Program-made: the position numbers and the translations under genes | Assembly (NCBI GenBank): GCA_030550235.1 | Contig: JAUQPU010000001.1 | Location: forward strand, 381,068-445,067 | Origin: Thermoproteota archaeon | Lineage (GTDB): Archaea > Thermoproteota > Nitrososphaeria_A > Caldarchaeales > Calditenuaceae | Reading direction: 5' to 3' | DNA length: 64,000 nt | Part shown: in pieces, positions 9,899 to 20,105 of the stretch | Position numbering within the stretch: the first letter of the stretch is position 1 | How the letters are laid out: every line of letters starts with the position of its first letter | The notes under the pieces: model-generated | The model's input: only the letters and a program-made list of their open reading frames with translations | The model's database searches: none | What the model was told of the DNA's origin: nothing

Positions 9899-10620
9899 TC
9901 AGGAGGAAGATTGTGGAGGGCTTTGAAGCTGGAATTGTTGTGCCGCAGGGCCTCCTTGCCCATGGGAGGGGCGAGGCGATAGACTATATCTTGGGCGAGA
10001 CTACACACCCCCCAGCGCTCGAGGCCACTAGAGCAGCTGCAGCACTACTCCTCCTATCCAAACATCCTGTAATATCCGTAAACGGGAACACATCCTCTCT
10101 CGTCCCTCACGAGATAATCAGGCTTTCAAAGCTGCTTAAAGCAAGAATCGAGGTCAACCTCTTCCACCGCACCCCAGAACGAGTCAAGAGGATTAAGGAG
10201 TTCCTTGAAAAGATGGGGGCGGAGGATATCCTCGGAGACTCTGACCTAGTGGAGATCCCGGGCCTCAGCAGTCAGAGGAGGTTTGTCGCGAGGGAGGGCA
10301 TCTACTCGGCTGACACCGTCCTAGTGCCACTAGAGGATGGGGATCGAGCCGAAAAGCTTGTAGCCATGAAGAAGAATGTTGTGGCAATCGACCTAAACCC
10401 ACTCTCACGGACGTCTAAGGCGGCGACAATATCTATTGTGGATAATGTGGTGAGGGCGATGCCTAACCTCTGTAGAGCCGTGGAGGAGCTGAAGGTGAAA
10501 CCAACCAGCGAGCTGGAGAGAATTTACCATTTATTCAACAACGAGGAGAATCTTAGACGGATGATAGAACTCATATTTAGGCGCCTATCCCGACTAGCCG
10601 GGTTGGAGGAGCAGATATGA
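9853..10620 (+). CDS. 4-phosphopantoate--beta-alanine ligase (phosphopantothenate synthetase)
   Basis: HPRY.SL, GL.AHGRGEA.DY.LGE, PVISVNGN, VPLEDGDR, IDLNPLSRT. Confidence 0.96.
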   Translation: MEEIPQDHPRYVSLMIRRKIVEGFEAGIVVPQGLLAHGRGEAIDYILGETTHPPALEATRAAAALLLLSKHPVISVNGNTSSLVPHEIIRLSKLLKARIEVNLFHRTPERVKRIKEFLEKMGAEDILGDSDLVEIPGLSSQRRFVAREGIYSADTVLVPLEDGDRAEKLVAMKKNVVAIDLNPLSRTSKAATISIVDNVVRAMPNLCRAVEELKVKPTSELERIYHLFNNEENLRRMIELIFRRLSRLAGLEEQI

Positions 10621-11468
10621 GCGAGAAGCTAACCGCTAGGGACATTATGCGATTCAAGAAGGAGGGGAGAAAGATAGTCATGATAACCGCCTATGACTAC
10701 GCATTCGCCCAGATAGTAGACCAGGCTGGCGTAGACATCATACTCGTAGGCGACTCAGCCTCTATGGTTATGATGGGCTATAGAGATACACGCTTCGTGA
10801 CGCTCTCGGATATGATAACCTTCTGTAAGTCGGTATCCCGCGGTGTTGAGAGGGCGTTCGTTGTCGGTGACATGCCTTTTATGTCATATCAGATCTCGAG
10901 AGAGCAGGCTGTTAGGAATGCAGGGCGGATGGTCAAGGAGGGAATGGTTGATGCCGTGAAGCTTGAGGGGGGTAAGGAGTATGTTGGGACTGTTAGGACG
11001 ATTGTTGATGCAGGCATCCCAGTAATGGGGCACATTGGCTTAACCCCACAGAGCGCTGCGACGAGCACAGGGTATAGACTGACGGGGAAAGACGCTGACG
11101 ACGCAGTCAAGCTCTTTGAGGATGCCATAGCTCTAGAGGAGGCCGGTGCATTCGCTATAGTCTTGGAGTTCGTGACGGCAGAGGTCGCAGAATATATCTC
11201 CCACCACCTCAAGATACCTGTCATAGGTATAGGCTCGGGCCCAGGATGCGATGGCCAAGTCCTAGTACTCCACGACAGCCTGGGGCTCTACGGCAAGTCT
11301 CCACCATTCTCGAAGAAGTATGTCGACCTAGCCTCCATAGCGAGGGAGGCAGTCTCTAGGTATAGATCTGAGGTCTTGGAGGGGCTATTCCCCGCTGAGG
11401 AACATACAAAACATATGAAGAGGGAGGAGTTTGAAGAATTCCTCAAAAGAGTAAGGACGCTCAGATGA
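10617..11468 (+). CDS. panB: Ketopantoate hydroxymethyltransferase
   Basis: MITAYDY, ILVGDS, GDMPFMSY, AVKLEGG, MGHIGLTPQ, IGIG.G..CDGQVLV.HD. Confidence 0.98.
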   Translation: MSEKLTARDIMRFKKEGRKIVMITAYDYAFAQIVDQAGVDIILVGDSASMVMMGYRDTRFVTLSDMITFCKSVSRGVERAFVVGDMPFMSYQISREQAVRNAGRMVKEGMVDAVKLEGGKEYVGTVRTIVDAGIPVMGHIGLTPQSAATSTGYRLTGKDADDAVKLFEDAIALEEAGAFAIVLEFVTAEVAEYISHHLKIPVIGIGSGPGCDGQVLVLHDSLGLYGKSPPFSKKYVDLASIAREAVSRYRSEVLEGLFPAEEHTKHMKREEFEEFLKRVRTLR

Positions 11469-12406
11469 GGATACTGGTCGTTGGTGCAGGCGCTCTTGGA
11501 ATTCTATTCGCGGGGATAATTAGCCGTCATGGCGGAGATGTTGCAGTATTGACGCGGAGGAGGGAGGCGGCTGAGGCCATCAGACAGGATGGTGTCATTG
11601 TTGAGGATGGGGTTTCAGCATGGAGGGCAAGGCCTGAGTGCTCGACAGACCCGAGGATAGCATCGGACGCTGAGGCCTGCTTGATTTGCGTCAAGTCCTA
11701 CGATACAGAGTTCGTTGGGAGAATGATCTCGCCCCATGTAAGGAATGACTGCCTGTTTGTCACGGTGCAGAATGGGCTAAACAATGTGGAGAGGCTCACA
11801 GGAATCTTTGGCAGAGAGAGGGTGATCGGGGGCTACACTATGCAGGCCTCCACACTCACTGGGCTTAACAGGGTCTTCCATGCGTATGATGGTGAGACAG
11901 TGCTGGGTGGGCATCCATCCACTTCTACAGGGATTTACAGGATAAGGGCTGTGGCCGAGGAATTGTCTAGGCTGGGGCTGAAGACAACGGCTATAGAAGA
12001 CATATATCCTGAGGTCGTGACCAAGCTGATTATCAACTCCGTGATCAATCCTTTAACTGCGCTTCTGGGTGTGAGGAATGGGGAGCTTTTAGAGATTGAG
12101 GTGATTGCCGAGGTGATTGATGGGCTTGTAAGGGAAGGGGTGGAGGCCGGCTCACTCCTGGGGGTCAAGCTATCTCTGGAGGAGACCAGGAGGAGGGTAC
12201 ACGAAGCGATAGTGGCCACAGCCAATAATAAGTCCTCAATGCTCCAGGATGTTGAGAGAGGTAGGAGGACAGAGATAGAATTCATCAACGGGTCTCTGGC
12301 GCGAGTCCTTAAAGACGCAGGTAGGCCGGCGCCCCTCAATACTTTATTGACACGGCTGATTCTCGCAGTTGAGTGGAGAGGTGCAAAGCATGGAAGAGGA
12401 GGCTAG
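11465..12406 (+). CDS. panE: Ketopantoate reductase
   Basis: GAGALG, CVKSYD, QNGL, KL..N..INP.TAL, SSMLQD...GR.TEI..ING. Confidence 0.95.
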   Translation: MRILVVGAGALGILFAGIISRHGGDVAVLTRRREAAEAIRQDGVIVEDGVSAWRARPECSTDPRIASDAEACLICVKSYDTEFVGRMISPHVRNDCLFVTVQNGLNNVERLTGIFGRERVIGGYTMQASTLTGLNRVFHAYDGETVLGGHPSTSTGIYRIRAVAEELSRLGLKTTAIEDIYPEVVTKLIINSVINPLTALLGVRNGELLEIEVIAEVIDGLVREGVEAGSLLGVKLSLEETRRRVHEAIVATANNKSSMLQDVERGRRTEIEFINGSLARVLKDAGRPAPLNTLLTRLILAVEWRGAKHGRGG

Positions 12407-13382
12407 AGATAGAAGTCTAGTGGAGCTGGGGGAGGATTGGATTCTATCCAAGATTCTGAAATCCCTTAAGCCAATCAGCGAAGGGCGGCTCCAAGTCGGG
12501 GACGATGCTGTTGAGATACCGTCCAGCGGCCTGCTAGTTGTCTCGGGTGATATGTTCTTCGCTTCGACCGATGCTCCTCCTGGAATGAAGCCGCGCCAGA
12601 TGGGCTCCAAGGCGATTGTTAGCGTTGTAAGCGACTTTGCCGCAAAGGCCGCACAGCCACTCTACTTCATCGTGGAGCTGGGTCTTCCAGGGAAGATGAG
12701 GGGGGATGAGTTCCTTGAGCTTTGGTCAGGGATACTCGAGGCTGGACGAGACTACGGCGGTGAGGTGGTTGCGGGCGACACAAATCAGGCTCTTGAGATC
12801 TCGATAGGCGTGGTTGGGATAGGAGTCTCAGAGAAACCCATCCCCCGAGGTGGAGCGCGACCAGGCGACATACTCGCGGTTACGGGGATGTTTGGCAAGA
12901 CATACACAGGCCTACACGCAGCCTTCCACTCAAATCTCGAGGAGAGATGGAGGCCACTCTTAGACGCGATTTATAACCCGAGGCCCAGGATTAGGGAGGG
13001 CCTGGCGATAGGCAGGGCTAGGCTCGCCACAGCCTCGATAGACTCAAGCGATGGCTTGGAGGCCTGTCTCTTCGAGCTCTCAAGATGGAGCGGGGTTGGC
13101 TTCGAGGTAACAGACCCTCCAATAGATCCGCTAGCCCGAGAGTATGTATCCGCCTACAACCTCGATGTAGTTGAGGCTGTTTTTCGCGGTGGGGAAGAAT
13201 ATGAGCTAGTATTGACTATCCCGCGGGAGTCTTTCGACGAGGCTGCTTCCATCTTGAAGGGTCTGGGCTCTAGGCTCATACCAATAGGCGAGGCAAAACC
13301 TGATAGGTCCATCGTCGCATGGATTGACGGCAAAACCTATCATCTAAGCGGGAGGGGGTGGCGGCACTTCAGCCATCCCTGA
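12390..13382 (+). CDS. thiL: Thiamine-monophosphate kinase
   Basis: LGE, GDDAV, SDFAAK, AGDT, GA.PGD.LAVTG, IDSSDGL, GGEEYEL, GW.HF. Confidence 0.95.
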   Translation: MEEEARDRSLVELGEDWILSKILKSLKPISEGRLQVGDDAVEIPSSGLLVVSGDMFFASTDAPPGMKPRQMGSKAIVSVVSDFAAKAAQPLYFIVELGLPGKMRGDEFLELWSGILEAGRDYGGEVVAGDTNQALEISIGVVGIGVSEKPIPRGGARPGDILAVTGMFGKTYTGLHAAFHSNLEERWRPLLDAIYNPRPRIREGLAIGRARLATASIDSSDGLEACLFELSRWSGVGFEVTDPPIDPLAREYVSAYNLDVVEAVFRGGEEYELVLTIPRESFDEAASILKGLGSRLIPIGEAKPDRSIVAWIDGKTYHLSGRGWRHFSHP

Positions 13383-13438
13383 GCCTGAACCTCTACTGAG
13401 ACACAACTAAGATATATGAACACCATCAGACAGCATCT

Positions 13439-16345
13439 ATGAGGATGCCTGCCCGGTCAGCCATCCCGTACGAGGAGAAATGGGCTAAGAAGTTACTGGA
13501 GGAAAGTATCTTCGAGTCAGACCCAGACCCCAGACGCCAAAAAGTCTTCGTCACGTTCCCTTACTCCTATCAGAATGGGCCGCTGCATGTCGGCCACGGA
13601 TTCACGGCGACACGCGTCGACATGTATGCCCGGTATATGAGGATGAAGGGCTACAATGTTCTATTCCCATGGGCCTGGCATTGGACCGGGGAGGCAGTCG
13701 CGGGGACGGCTGAGAGGCTTAGGCGTGGAGACACTACTGTCCTGAAGATGCTCAAAGAGATCGACAAGGTCCCTGAGGAGCTCCTTCCAAACTTCACAGA
13801 CCCCGCTTTCATCAGTAGATACTACACTAATGATAATAGGGAGGTTGTCAAGCTGATGGGTTTCTCTATAGACTGGAGGAGGGAGTTCCACACATCAGAC
13901 CTACACCCCTACTATAGCCGTTTCATAGAGTGGCAGTATAGGACGCTTTATGAGCTTGGAAGGTTGAGGAAGGGCTCCCACCCTGTTGTCTGGTGCCCTC
14001 GATGCGAGAGCCCCACAGGAGACCACGACAGGCTTGTGGGGGAGGGCGTCTCGCCTGTCGAGTTCACACTTGTGTTCTTTAAGCTTGAATACGGAGAAGC
14101 TTATCTCGCTGCATCCACACTGAGGCCGGAGACGATCTATGGGGCGACTAACGTCTGGGTTAGACCAGACGCAAGCTACGTGGAGATAGAGCTCGATGGT
14201 GTGAGGATTATTGTAAGCCGTGAAGCGTTCACCAAGCTCAGGGAGCAGCACAAGAACCTGGTTGATACAGGCAAGACCGTGGATGGGGGAAGCCTGATCG
14301 GGAGATACTGTACAACTCCCATAACGGGTAGGAGGCTGATAATTCTTCCCGCGGAGTTTGTCGACCCAAATCTAGGCACTGGCGTCGTTTACAGCGTGCC
14401 GAGCCACGCGCCTTATGACTACGCCGGACTGAAGGAGTTGAAGTTAAGGCCTGAAGTTCTGAAGCAGTACAACATAGACCAGGCTGTCTTGGAGATGCTT
14501 GCGCCAGTTAACATAATCTCGACACCTGGCATGCCACCCCACCCAGCCATAGAAGTGGTCGAGAGAGCGGGAATAACGGTCTCGACAGACCCCAGACTAG
14601 AGGACCTAACACAAGAAATATACTCCAGAGAATTCTACGAAGGGGTACTCAACGAGCTCTGTGGCGAATATAGCGGTAAGACTGTCAAGGAGGCTCGTGA
14701 CCTAGTCAAGGCGCGGCTCCTCAAGGAAAGACTGGGCTCCATCATGTATGACCTCCCCCAGCCCGTGATCTGTAGGAGTGGAGACCGCTGTCTGGTCAAG
14801 ATAGTGGAGGACCAGTGGTTCGTTACATATGGCGATGAGGATTGGAAGCAGCTAGTGAGGATGCACATCACAGAGAACATGAGGATCTATCCTGAGGGTG
14901 CTAGGCAGTGGTTTCTGAACGTTGTCGACTGGCTTAGGGACTGGCCCTGCACGCGTAAGACAGGCCTCGGAACAAGGTTCCCATTCGATAGAAGCTGGAT
15001 CGTAGAGACACTGAGCGACTCTACAATATACCAAGCACTATACACTGTCAGCAAGTATCTGAATAACGGCCTTGTTAGGCCTGAGCAGCTTAGGCATGAG
15101 GTCTTCGAGTATATTTTCAGGGGGCAGGGGGAGAGGGACGAGGTCTCGAGACAGACGGGGATACACCCTGAGCTCCTCGACGCCATGAAGATGGAGTTTG
15201 AATACTGGTATCCTGTTGACCTCAGGGTCTCCGCTAAGGAGCTCCTCCCAAACCACCTCACATTCTACATCTTCCAGCATGTAGCCATTTTTCCGCCTGA
15301 CAAGTGGCCCAGAACTGTCGGCATAAACGGGATGGTCAGAATCGAGGGCCAGGAGATGCATAAGAGTAGGGGCGTATTCGTATCTTTGAAGGAGGCTATA
15401 GCTCGCGTCGGGGCAGACGCCACTAGACTCGCCATTATACTCTCCGCCGAAGACATGGATGACCCCGACTGGAAATGGAAGAATGCAGAGGATGTAAGGA
15501 GGTTCTTGGACAGCTTTCTAAAGATCGTCGAGGAATACGTAGCCTCAAGCATCGATGCTGAGTGGAAGGAGGCTGATGTATGGGCTATCTCAAGGCTTAG
15601 ACAAGTCGTGGAGGAGGTTGAGCAGAGCTTGAACATCTTGAAGACCCGTACAGCTGCATCCAAGATTCTCTACGAGATGCATAACCTTTGGAGGAAGTAT
15701 CTGAGGAGGAGGGCAGATAGCTTGGGACCGGCTGCTAAAACCCTAGTAGAGGCCTGGATCAAGATGCTATCTATAGTAGCACCATTCACAGCAGAGGAGG
15801 CTTGGAGCCGTCTCGGGAATGAAGGCTACGTCGCAGAGTCCAGATGGCCTGTCATAGAGAGGCCCATTAACAATGAGGTCCTACTCAGAGACGAGGTCCT
15901 AGACAGCGTCATAGAAGACATAAGGAGCATAACACAGTCGACAAAGAAGAAACCGTCAAAAATCTACATATACGTCTCCAGAAAATCAATGATCCCCATC
16001 ATTAAAAGAATAGCTGAGAAATGGGATGTAATCGCCCAGAGAGGATACAACAGCATAATAGGTGAAATGGTAAAGATTGAGGACATAGAGAAGAGCAAGC
16101 TACCCATAATTGCTAAGAGATTATTTGAGATGATGCATGGCTATATTCAGCGATACAGCGCTGAGACCATCATGAGTGTTGTGGAACGAGAGTTTGACCT
16201 ATACCTTGCAAATCGCGAATATCTCGAAAGCGAGTGTGGTGGAAGCATACAGGTTCTTAGGTCTGAGGAGGTGGAGTATGACCCGATGGGGAAGGTGACG
16301 ACTGCCGTTCCTCTGCGCCCCGGGATATACTCGGAGCTCGTCTAA
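13439..16345 (+). CDS. leuS: Leucyl-tRNA synthetase (archaeal type)
   Basis: PYSYQNGPLHVGH (HIGH), TLRPET, GTGVV.SVPSHAP.D editing domain, ETLSDSTIY, EMHKS. Confidence 0.97.
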   Translation: MRMPARSAIPYEEKWAKKLLEESIFESDPDPRRQKVFVTFPYSYQNGPLHVGHGFTATRVDMYARYMRMKGYNVLFPWAWHWTGEAVAGTAERLRRGDTTVLKMLKEIDKVPEELLPNFTDPAFISRYYTNDNREVVKLMGFSIDWRREFHTSDLHPYYSRFIEWQYRTLYELGRLRKGSHPVVWCPRCESPTGDHDRLVGEGVSPVEFTLVFFKLEYGEAYLAASTLRPETIYGATNVWVRPDASYVEIELDGVRIIVSREAFTKLREQHKNLVDTGKTVDGGSLIGRYCTTPITGRRLIILPAEFVDPNLGTGVVYSVPSHAPYDYAGLKELKLRPEVLKQYNIDQAVLEMLAPVNIISTPGMPPHPAIEVVERAGITVSTDPRLEDLTQEIYSREFYEGVLNELCGEYSGKTVKEARDLVKARLLKERLGSIMYDLPQPVICRSGDRCLVKIVEDQWFVTYGDEDWKQLVRMHITENMRIYPEGARQWFLNVVDWLRDWPCTRKTGLGTRFPFDRSWIVETLSDSTIYQALYTVSKYLNNGLVRPEQLRHEVFEYIFRGQGERDEVSRQTGIHPELLDAMKMEFEYWYPVDLRVSAKELLPNHLTFYIFQHVAIFPPDKWPRTVGINGMVRIEGQEMHKSRGVFVSLKEAIARVGADATRLAIILSAEDMDDPDWKWKNAEDVRRFLDSFLKIVEEYVASSIDAEWKEADVWAISRLRQVVEEVEQSLNILKTRTAASKILYEMHNLWRKYLRRRADSLGPAAKTLVEAWIKMLSIVAPFTAEEAWSRLGNEGYVAESRWPVIERPINNEVLLRDEVLDSVIEDIRSITQSTKKKPSKIYIYVSRKSMIPIIKRIAEKWDVIAQRGYNSIIGEMVKIEDIEKSKLPIIAKRLFEMMHGYIQRYSAETIMSVVEREFDLYLANREYLESECGGSIQVLRSEEVEYDPMGKVTTAVPLRPGIYSELV

Positions 16346-16396
16346 ACGCGCGTCGCCTATGGAAAATTATAAATTTAGAGATGTAGTATTCCCCCT

Positions 16397-17785
16397 GTGA
16401 TCCGTGGCAAAATACTCGCATGGGCCTTAGGCCTGTTGCTCATTTACACTTTATTTAGCCTTACAGGCCTATTCTCTGGCAATCAGGTCATATCTTTAGC
16501 GGTATTCTTCGGCATTATTCTAAGCATTCTCTTCTTCTGGAGATTGAGAGTGGCATTTGCATTTATCGGGATTTTTGTATTATTCATTACTGGGCTCATA
16601 GATATCCCCCACTTGGTCGAGTTTGCGGGACTCGACATTGTGGTATTCCTGATCGGCATGATGATTGTAGTCGGATTTCTGGAGGAGAGGCATTTCTTCG
16701 AATACATTCTCAACAGATTAATGAAGGTTGCGCGGACGCCTATGGGCGTGATGGTTATGTTGATGGGTATGTCAGCGCTTTCAGCCGCTCTTGTAGATGA
16801 AGTAACATCAATTTTATTTATGACGGCTTTGGTCTTGCGACTTGCAAGCCGGCTGGCGATTCCATTCCAGCCGTTGTTGATATCTGTAGTATTCGCCACC
16901 AATATTGGGAGTAGCGCCACAGTGGTAGGTAACCCTGTCGGAGTAATGATAGCACTTAGGGCTGGATTAAGCTTTGCAGAATTTCTCAGATGGGCCACGC
17001 CAATCTCGATAACCACTCTCATAGTAACAATGTTTATCTGCTATGTTTACTATAGGAAATACTTACGAGTTATGGGTGAGAGGCTCAGTGTATACCAGCT
17101 TGCCTCGGCGGGTCTACAGCCGGATAATGGGGTGGTAGATAAACTGGATAAGAAGGCGCTACTCCTCTTCGCATCCACGATCTCTCTACTTGTCCTGCAC
17201 ACCCGGATAGAAAATGCCTTGTCGCTAGAGAAGAATACAGTTCTAGTTGCCGCACCCCTATTAGGGGCAGCTATCGCGCTCTTTCTCCAGAAAGAACATG
17301 CAAGGGAGCTTTTCGAGAAACGAGTTGACTGGTGGACCCTGACTTTCTTCTTAATGTTCTTCGCCACGGTAGGCACTCTGAAGTATGTTGGTGTCACTGG
17401 CATATTTGCATCAGTATTCACCTCAGCTGCTGGTGGGGACTTAAAGCTGGCCATACCACTTTTAGGATACATCTCTGGCTTTATGTCAGCGTTTATGGAT
17501 AACATCTTGGCTGTGGCTGTCTGGATTCCGATAATTCAAGAGCTAGGGGAAGCTGGCCTGTATACTTATCCCCTCTGGTGGACTCTACTTTTTGCAGGCA
17601 CGTTGATGGGAAATCTTACACTAATTGGCAGCACAGCAAACATAGTGGCTATAGGCATGATTGAGAGGCGGAAGATTGGACACATATCTCTTAGGGATTG
17701 GATTAAGATCGGCGCACTGGTGAGTATACCAACCTTCTCACTTGCGCTCCTTTTACTCTATCTCCAGCTTCCATTGATGGCCTAG
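16397..17785 (+). CDS. ArsB/NhaD/CitMHS-family (SLC13-like) ion permease
   Basis: Multi-TM; SALVDEVT, ATNIGSSAT.VGNP, SAFMDNI, GNLTLIGSTAN. Confidence 0.88.
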   Translation: MIRGKILAWALGLLLIYTLFSLTGLFSGNQVISLAVFFGIILSILFFWRLRVAFAFIGIFVLFITGLIDIPHLVEFAGLDIVVFLIGMMIVVGFLEERHFFEYILNRLMKVARTPMGVMVMLMGMSALSAALVDEVTSILFMTALVLRLASRLAIPFQPLLISVVFATNIGSSATVVGNPVGVMIALRAGLSFAEFLRWATPISITTLIVTMFICYVYYRKYLRVMGERLSVYQLASAGLQPDNGVVDKLDKKALLLFASTISLLVLHTRIENALSLEKNTVLVAAPLLGAAIALFLQKEHARELFEKRVDWWTLTFFLMFFATVGTLKYVGVTGIFASVFTSAAGGDLKLAIPLLGYISGFMSAFMDNILAVAVWIPIIQELGEAGLYTYPLWWTLLFAGTLMGNLTLIGSTANIVAIGMIERRKIGHISLRDWIKIGALVSIPTFSLALLLLYLQLPLMA

Positions 17786-18027
17786 TCTGCGATGGGCTTA
17801 GAAACTATGTACATGTCTTTCCCCCGCCGCTCAACCCATATCTCGTGGTTTATGCTTAGTAGAAGAGAGCATATCTTGCTCCATGGTAGCTTGTCCCCCT
17901 CTAAAATCTTAATCGCATACCCTCCATACTCTTCTGTTACTTCTCCCCAGCCATCCACAATCTCCACCAACTCATCCAAAATATCAGCAGCCTCCCCCAG
18001 CGCTATTTCACCCGTGATATTTATCAC
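17782..18027 (-). CDS. Small acidic hypothetical protein
   Basis: 81-aa ORF filling the gap downstream of cytochrome b; own TTTAAA box about 25 nt upstream. Confidence 0.65.
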   Translation of the reverse strand: MINITGEIALGEAADILDELVEIVDGWGEVTEEYGGYAIKILEGDKLPWSKICSLLLSINHEIWVERRGKDMYIVSKPIAD

Positions 18028-18030
18028 GGG
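18011..18030. repeat. Perfect 9-bp inverted repeat CCCGTGATA-TT-TATCACGGG
   Basis: Read directly; overlaps the GTG start of 17782..18027. Confidence 0.85.
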
Positions 18031-18072
18031 ACTGCCTGCAATAAAAACTTTAAACTCTAAAGAACATATAAA

Positions 18073-19446
18073 TCACTGCGCTATTGTCTCGGCCCTTTGC
18101 TCCCTTTGGGCCCTTAGCCTCTCCCCAGTATATAGCGCGTGACGGTAGACGTGGAGTAGTAGTCCGAACAGGAAAAAGGAGATTCCCAAGTAAAACATAG
18201 AGTGGTTAGGGAGGTTTACTGAGTAGGTGTAGAAGGTTGCCGCCGCTGCGAGAGCTATTAGGACTAGAAGTACCAGTATGATGTTGGCTGATGCCCTAGG
18301 CGAGAGTATGACAGGCTTGGTTGGTGTAGGCCGTGTTGGCCTACGCATTCTTGACATGTAGAGGTATGTAGCATAGAAGCTGGCCAGAGTCACGAGGCCT
18401 ATCGTACCGTAAAAGACCGTGGGCTCTATATAGAGCTGGTCAAAGGCCGTCTCCTTTGTGAAGTCAACGTAGAATCCCCAGACCGTGGTTATGGCTATAA
18501 GCGCGATGCTAGCTATGCCGAGTCCTGTGAAGAATGGCCTGTCTCTCCATGATAGTTTCCTTGACTTGTCGACGAAGGGCACTATCAGGAAAAGTATCAC
18601 GAAGAGCAATGGAAGTAAAGCTCCCGCCGTGAACCTCTCAGTACCTGATCTCAGGAAGGCGTAGATGGCTGTAAGATACCATTCAGGAACCTCCACGATT
18701 CCTCTTGTCAGGTCAAATTTTATACCGAGCTCGGCAGGGAAGAGACCCGCTGAGATGAATATCACACCCACCACCGCAGAGATGATAGGGAAGTCTATGA
18801 CAAGAGCTCGCGGGAAATGGACTGCAGCCAGGAGGAGCATGATCAGTGGGAGTATAAACACGTGGAGGGCGTAGAACCTGATTACAAGGTCGAAGAGGCC
18901 TCCGCCCAGTAGAATGGGGGCTACCGATGGGCCTAGGAGGGGGGCAGAATACGTGAGCCCCATTCCGATGTTCACCGCTAAGAGGGCCCTCTGATTCATT
19001 ATCAGGTTATAGCCAGTATAAGCCTCCAGGACTGTTAAGACGCCTAGAACTATACCAGTGACCCAGAGAACCTCGTTTTTTATCTTATAGCGTCCCGAGA
19101 AATACTGGTAATAAAGGTGTAGGATTGCCAAGAAGACCATAAAATTCGAGGCGTGATAGTGTATATTTCTCATTATGAAGCCGAAGGGGACTTTTTCCTG
19201 GATCTCTTGGACGCTTAGGTATGCGAGCTCGACGTCTGGCCTGTAGTAGAACATTAGGAAGGCTCCTGAGACTCCTAGGATTGCGAAGACAATCGCCGTC
19301 AATGTTCCAAGGAAACCGAACGGGCTCACATACTGCTTCGGCACGGTGAACTTGTACACCACTATGGTTGTTCTCTCAAGCCTATCAACGGTCCACTTCC
19401 ATAGATTACTTATGAGTTCCCGCATAGTTTTAGAGCCGTACGACAT
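18073..19446 (-). CDS. petB: Cytochrome b (bc complex, fused b6+subunit IV type)
   Basis: RNIHYHASN...ILH, RFYALHVF..P...AVH heme ligands; PEWY motif. Confidence 0.95.
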   Translation of the reverse strand: MSYGSKTMRELISNLWKWTVDRLERTTIVVYKFTVPKQYVSPFGFLGTLTAIVFAILGVSGAFLMFYYRPDVELAYLSVQEIQEKVPFGFIMRNIHYHASNFMVFLAILHLYYQYFSGRYKIKNEVLWVTGIVLGVLTVLEAYTGYNLIMNQRALLAVNIGMGLTYSAPLLGPSVAPILLGGGLFDLVIRFYALHVFILPLIMLLLAAVHFPRALVIDFPIISAVVGVIFISAGLFPAELGIKFDLTRGIVEVPEWYLTAIYAFLRSGTERFTAGALLPLLFVILFLIVPFVDKSRKLSWRDRPFFTGLGIASIALIAITTVWGFYVDFTKETAFDQLYIEPTVFYGTIGLVTLASFYATYLYMSRMRRPTRPTPTKPVILSPRASANIILVLLVLIALAAAATFYTYSVNLPNHSMFYLGISFFLFGLLLHVYRHALYTGERLRAQREQRAETIAQ

Positions 19447-19452
19447 GCCGTC

Positions 19453-19992
19453 TTACACCTTCTTGACTAGGTCCTCTGGCTTGAGAGCATGCCACTCTCT
19501 TCCATAGCCTATCCTACCCTCAATCCCTACCATCCAGATGTCACCATTCTCGTCTACCTCTATTCTCCCCATAGGCAGGGCGTTTGTGGGATATGACTGA
19601 TAGGCGGCGGGGCCGTCCACCGCCACACCATCCTCCTCTCTATAGATCGAGCCGTGACATGGGCAGATCATCTGACCCCTCGTGGGGATATAGGCTGGAA
19701 GACACCAGAGGTGGACACACACCCTACTATAGACTCTTAGCTGACCATCACGCGTCATTATTAGTACATACTGCCTGAACGGGTCATTGTCAACTTTAGA
19801 GTCTCCAGTCGCGGGGTATGAGAAATAGATGTAGCTTCCAGGTGATAGCTCCTTCAAATTGGCTATCTTCTGTCTTCTCACGCTTGTCTCCTCCTTCCGA
19901 TAAAAATAGCCAATCAGGTTGATGAAGGGGGATAACACGGCCACGGCAGCCGCTGTTAAAAAGCCTTGTAAAATCCTTCTCCGTGCCGTCAA
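19453..19992 (-). CDS. Rieske [2Fe-2S] protein with Tat-like leader
   Basis: CVHLWC and CPCHGS.Y boxes, GPA, N-terminal ARRRIL plus TM helix. Confidence 0.95.
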   Translation of the reverse strand: MTARRRILQGFLTAAAVAVLSPFINLIGYFYRKEETSVRRQKIANLKELSPGSYIYFSYPATGDSKVDNDPFRQYVLIMTRDGQLRVYSRVCVHLWCLPAYIPTRGQMICPCHGSIYREEDGVAVDGPAAYQSYPTNALPMGRIEVDENGDIWMVGIEGRIGYGREWHALKPEDLVKKV

Positions 19993-20105
19993 GCCGACTC
20001 TCTCTTCAATAGGCAGGTGCTTGTTCTTAAAGCTAATTGTGGGTCACGAGTTTTTGCCTCACGCTGCATGTTTAAATCTCGATATAGCGTTGAGGTAAAA
20101 GAAGA

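Noticed and set aside
8990..13382. PoK-PPS-panB-panE-thiL operon
   Set aside because: Well-established archaeal CoA pathway; nothing unusual beyond clustering
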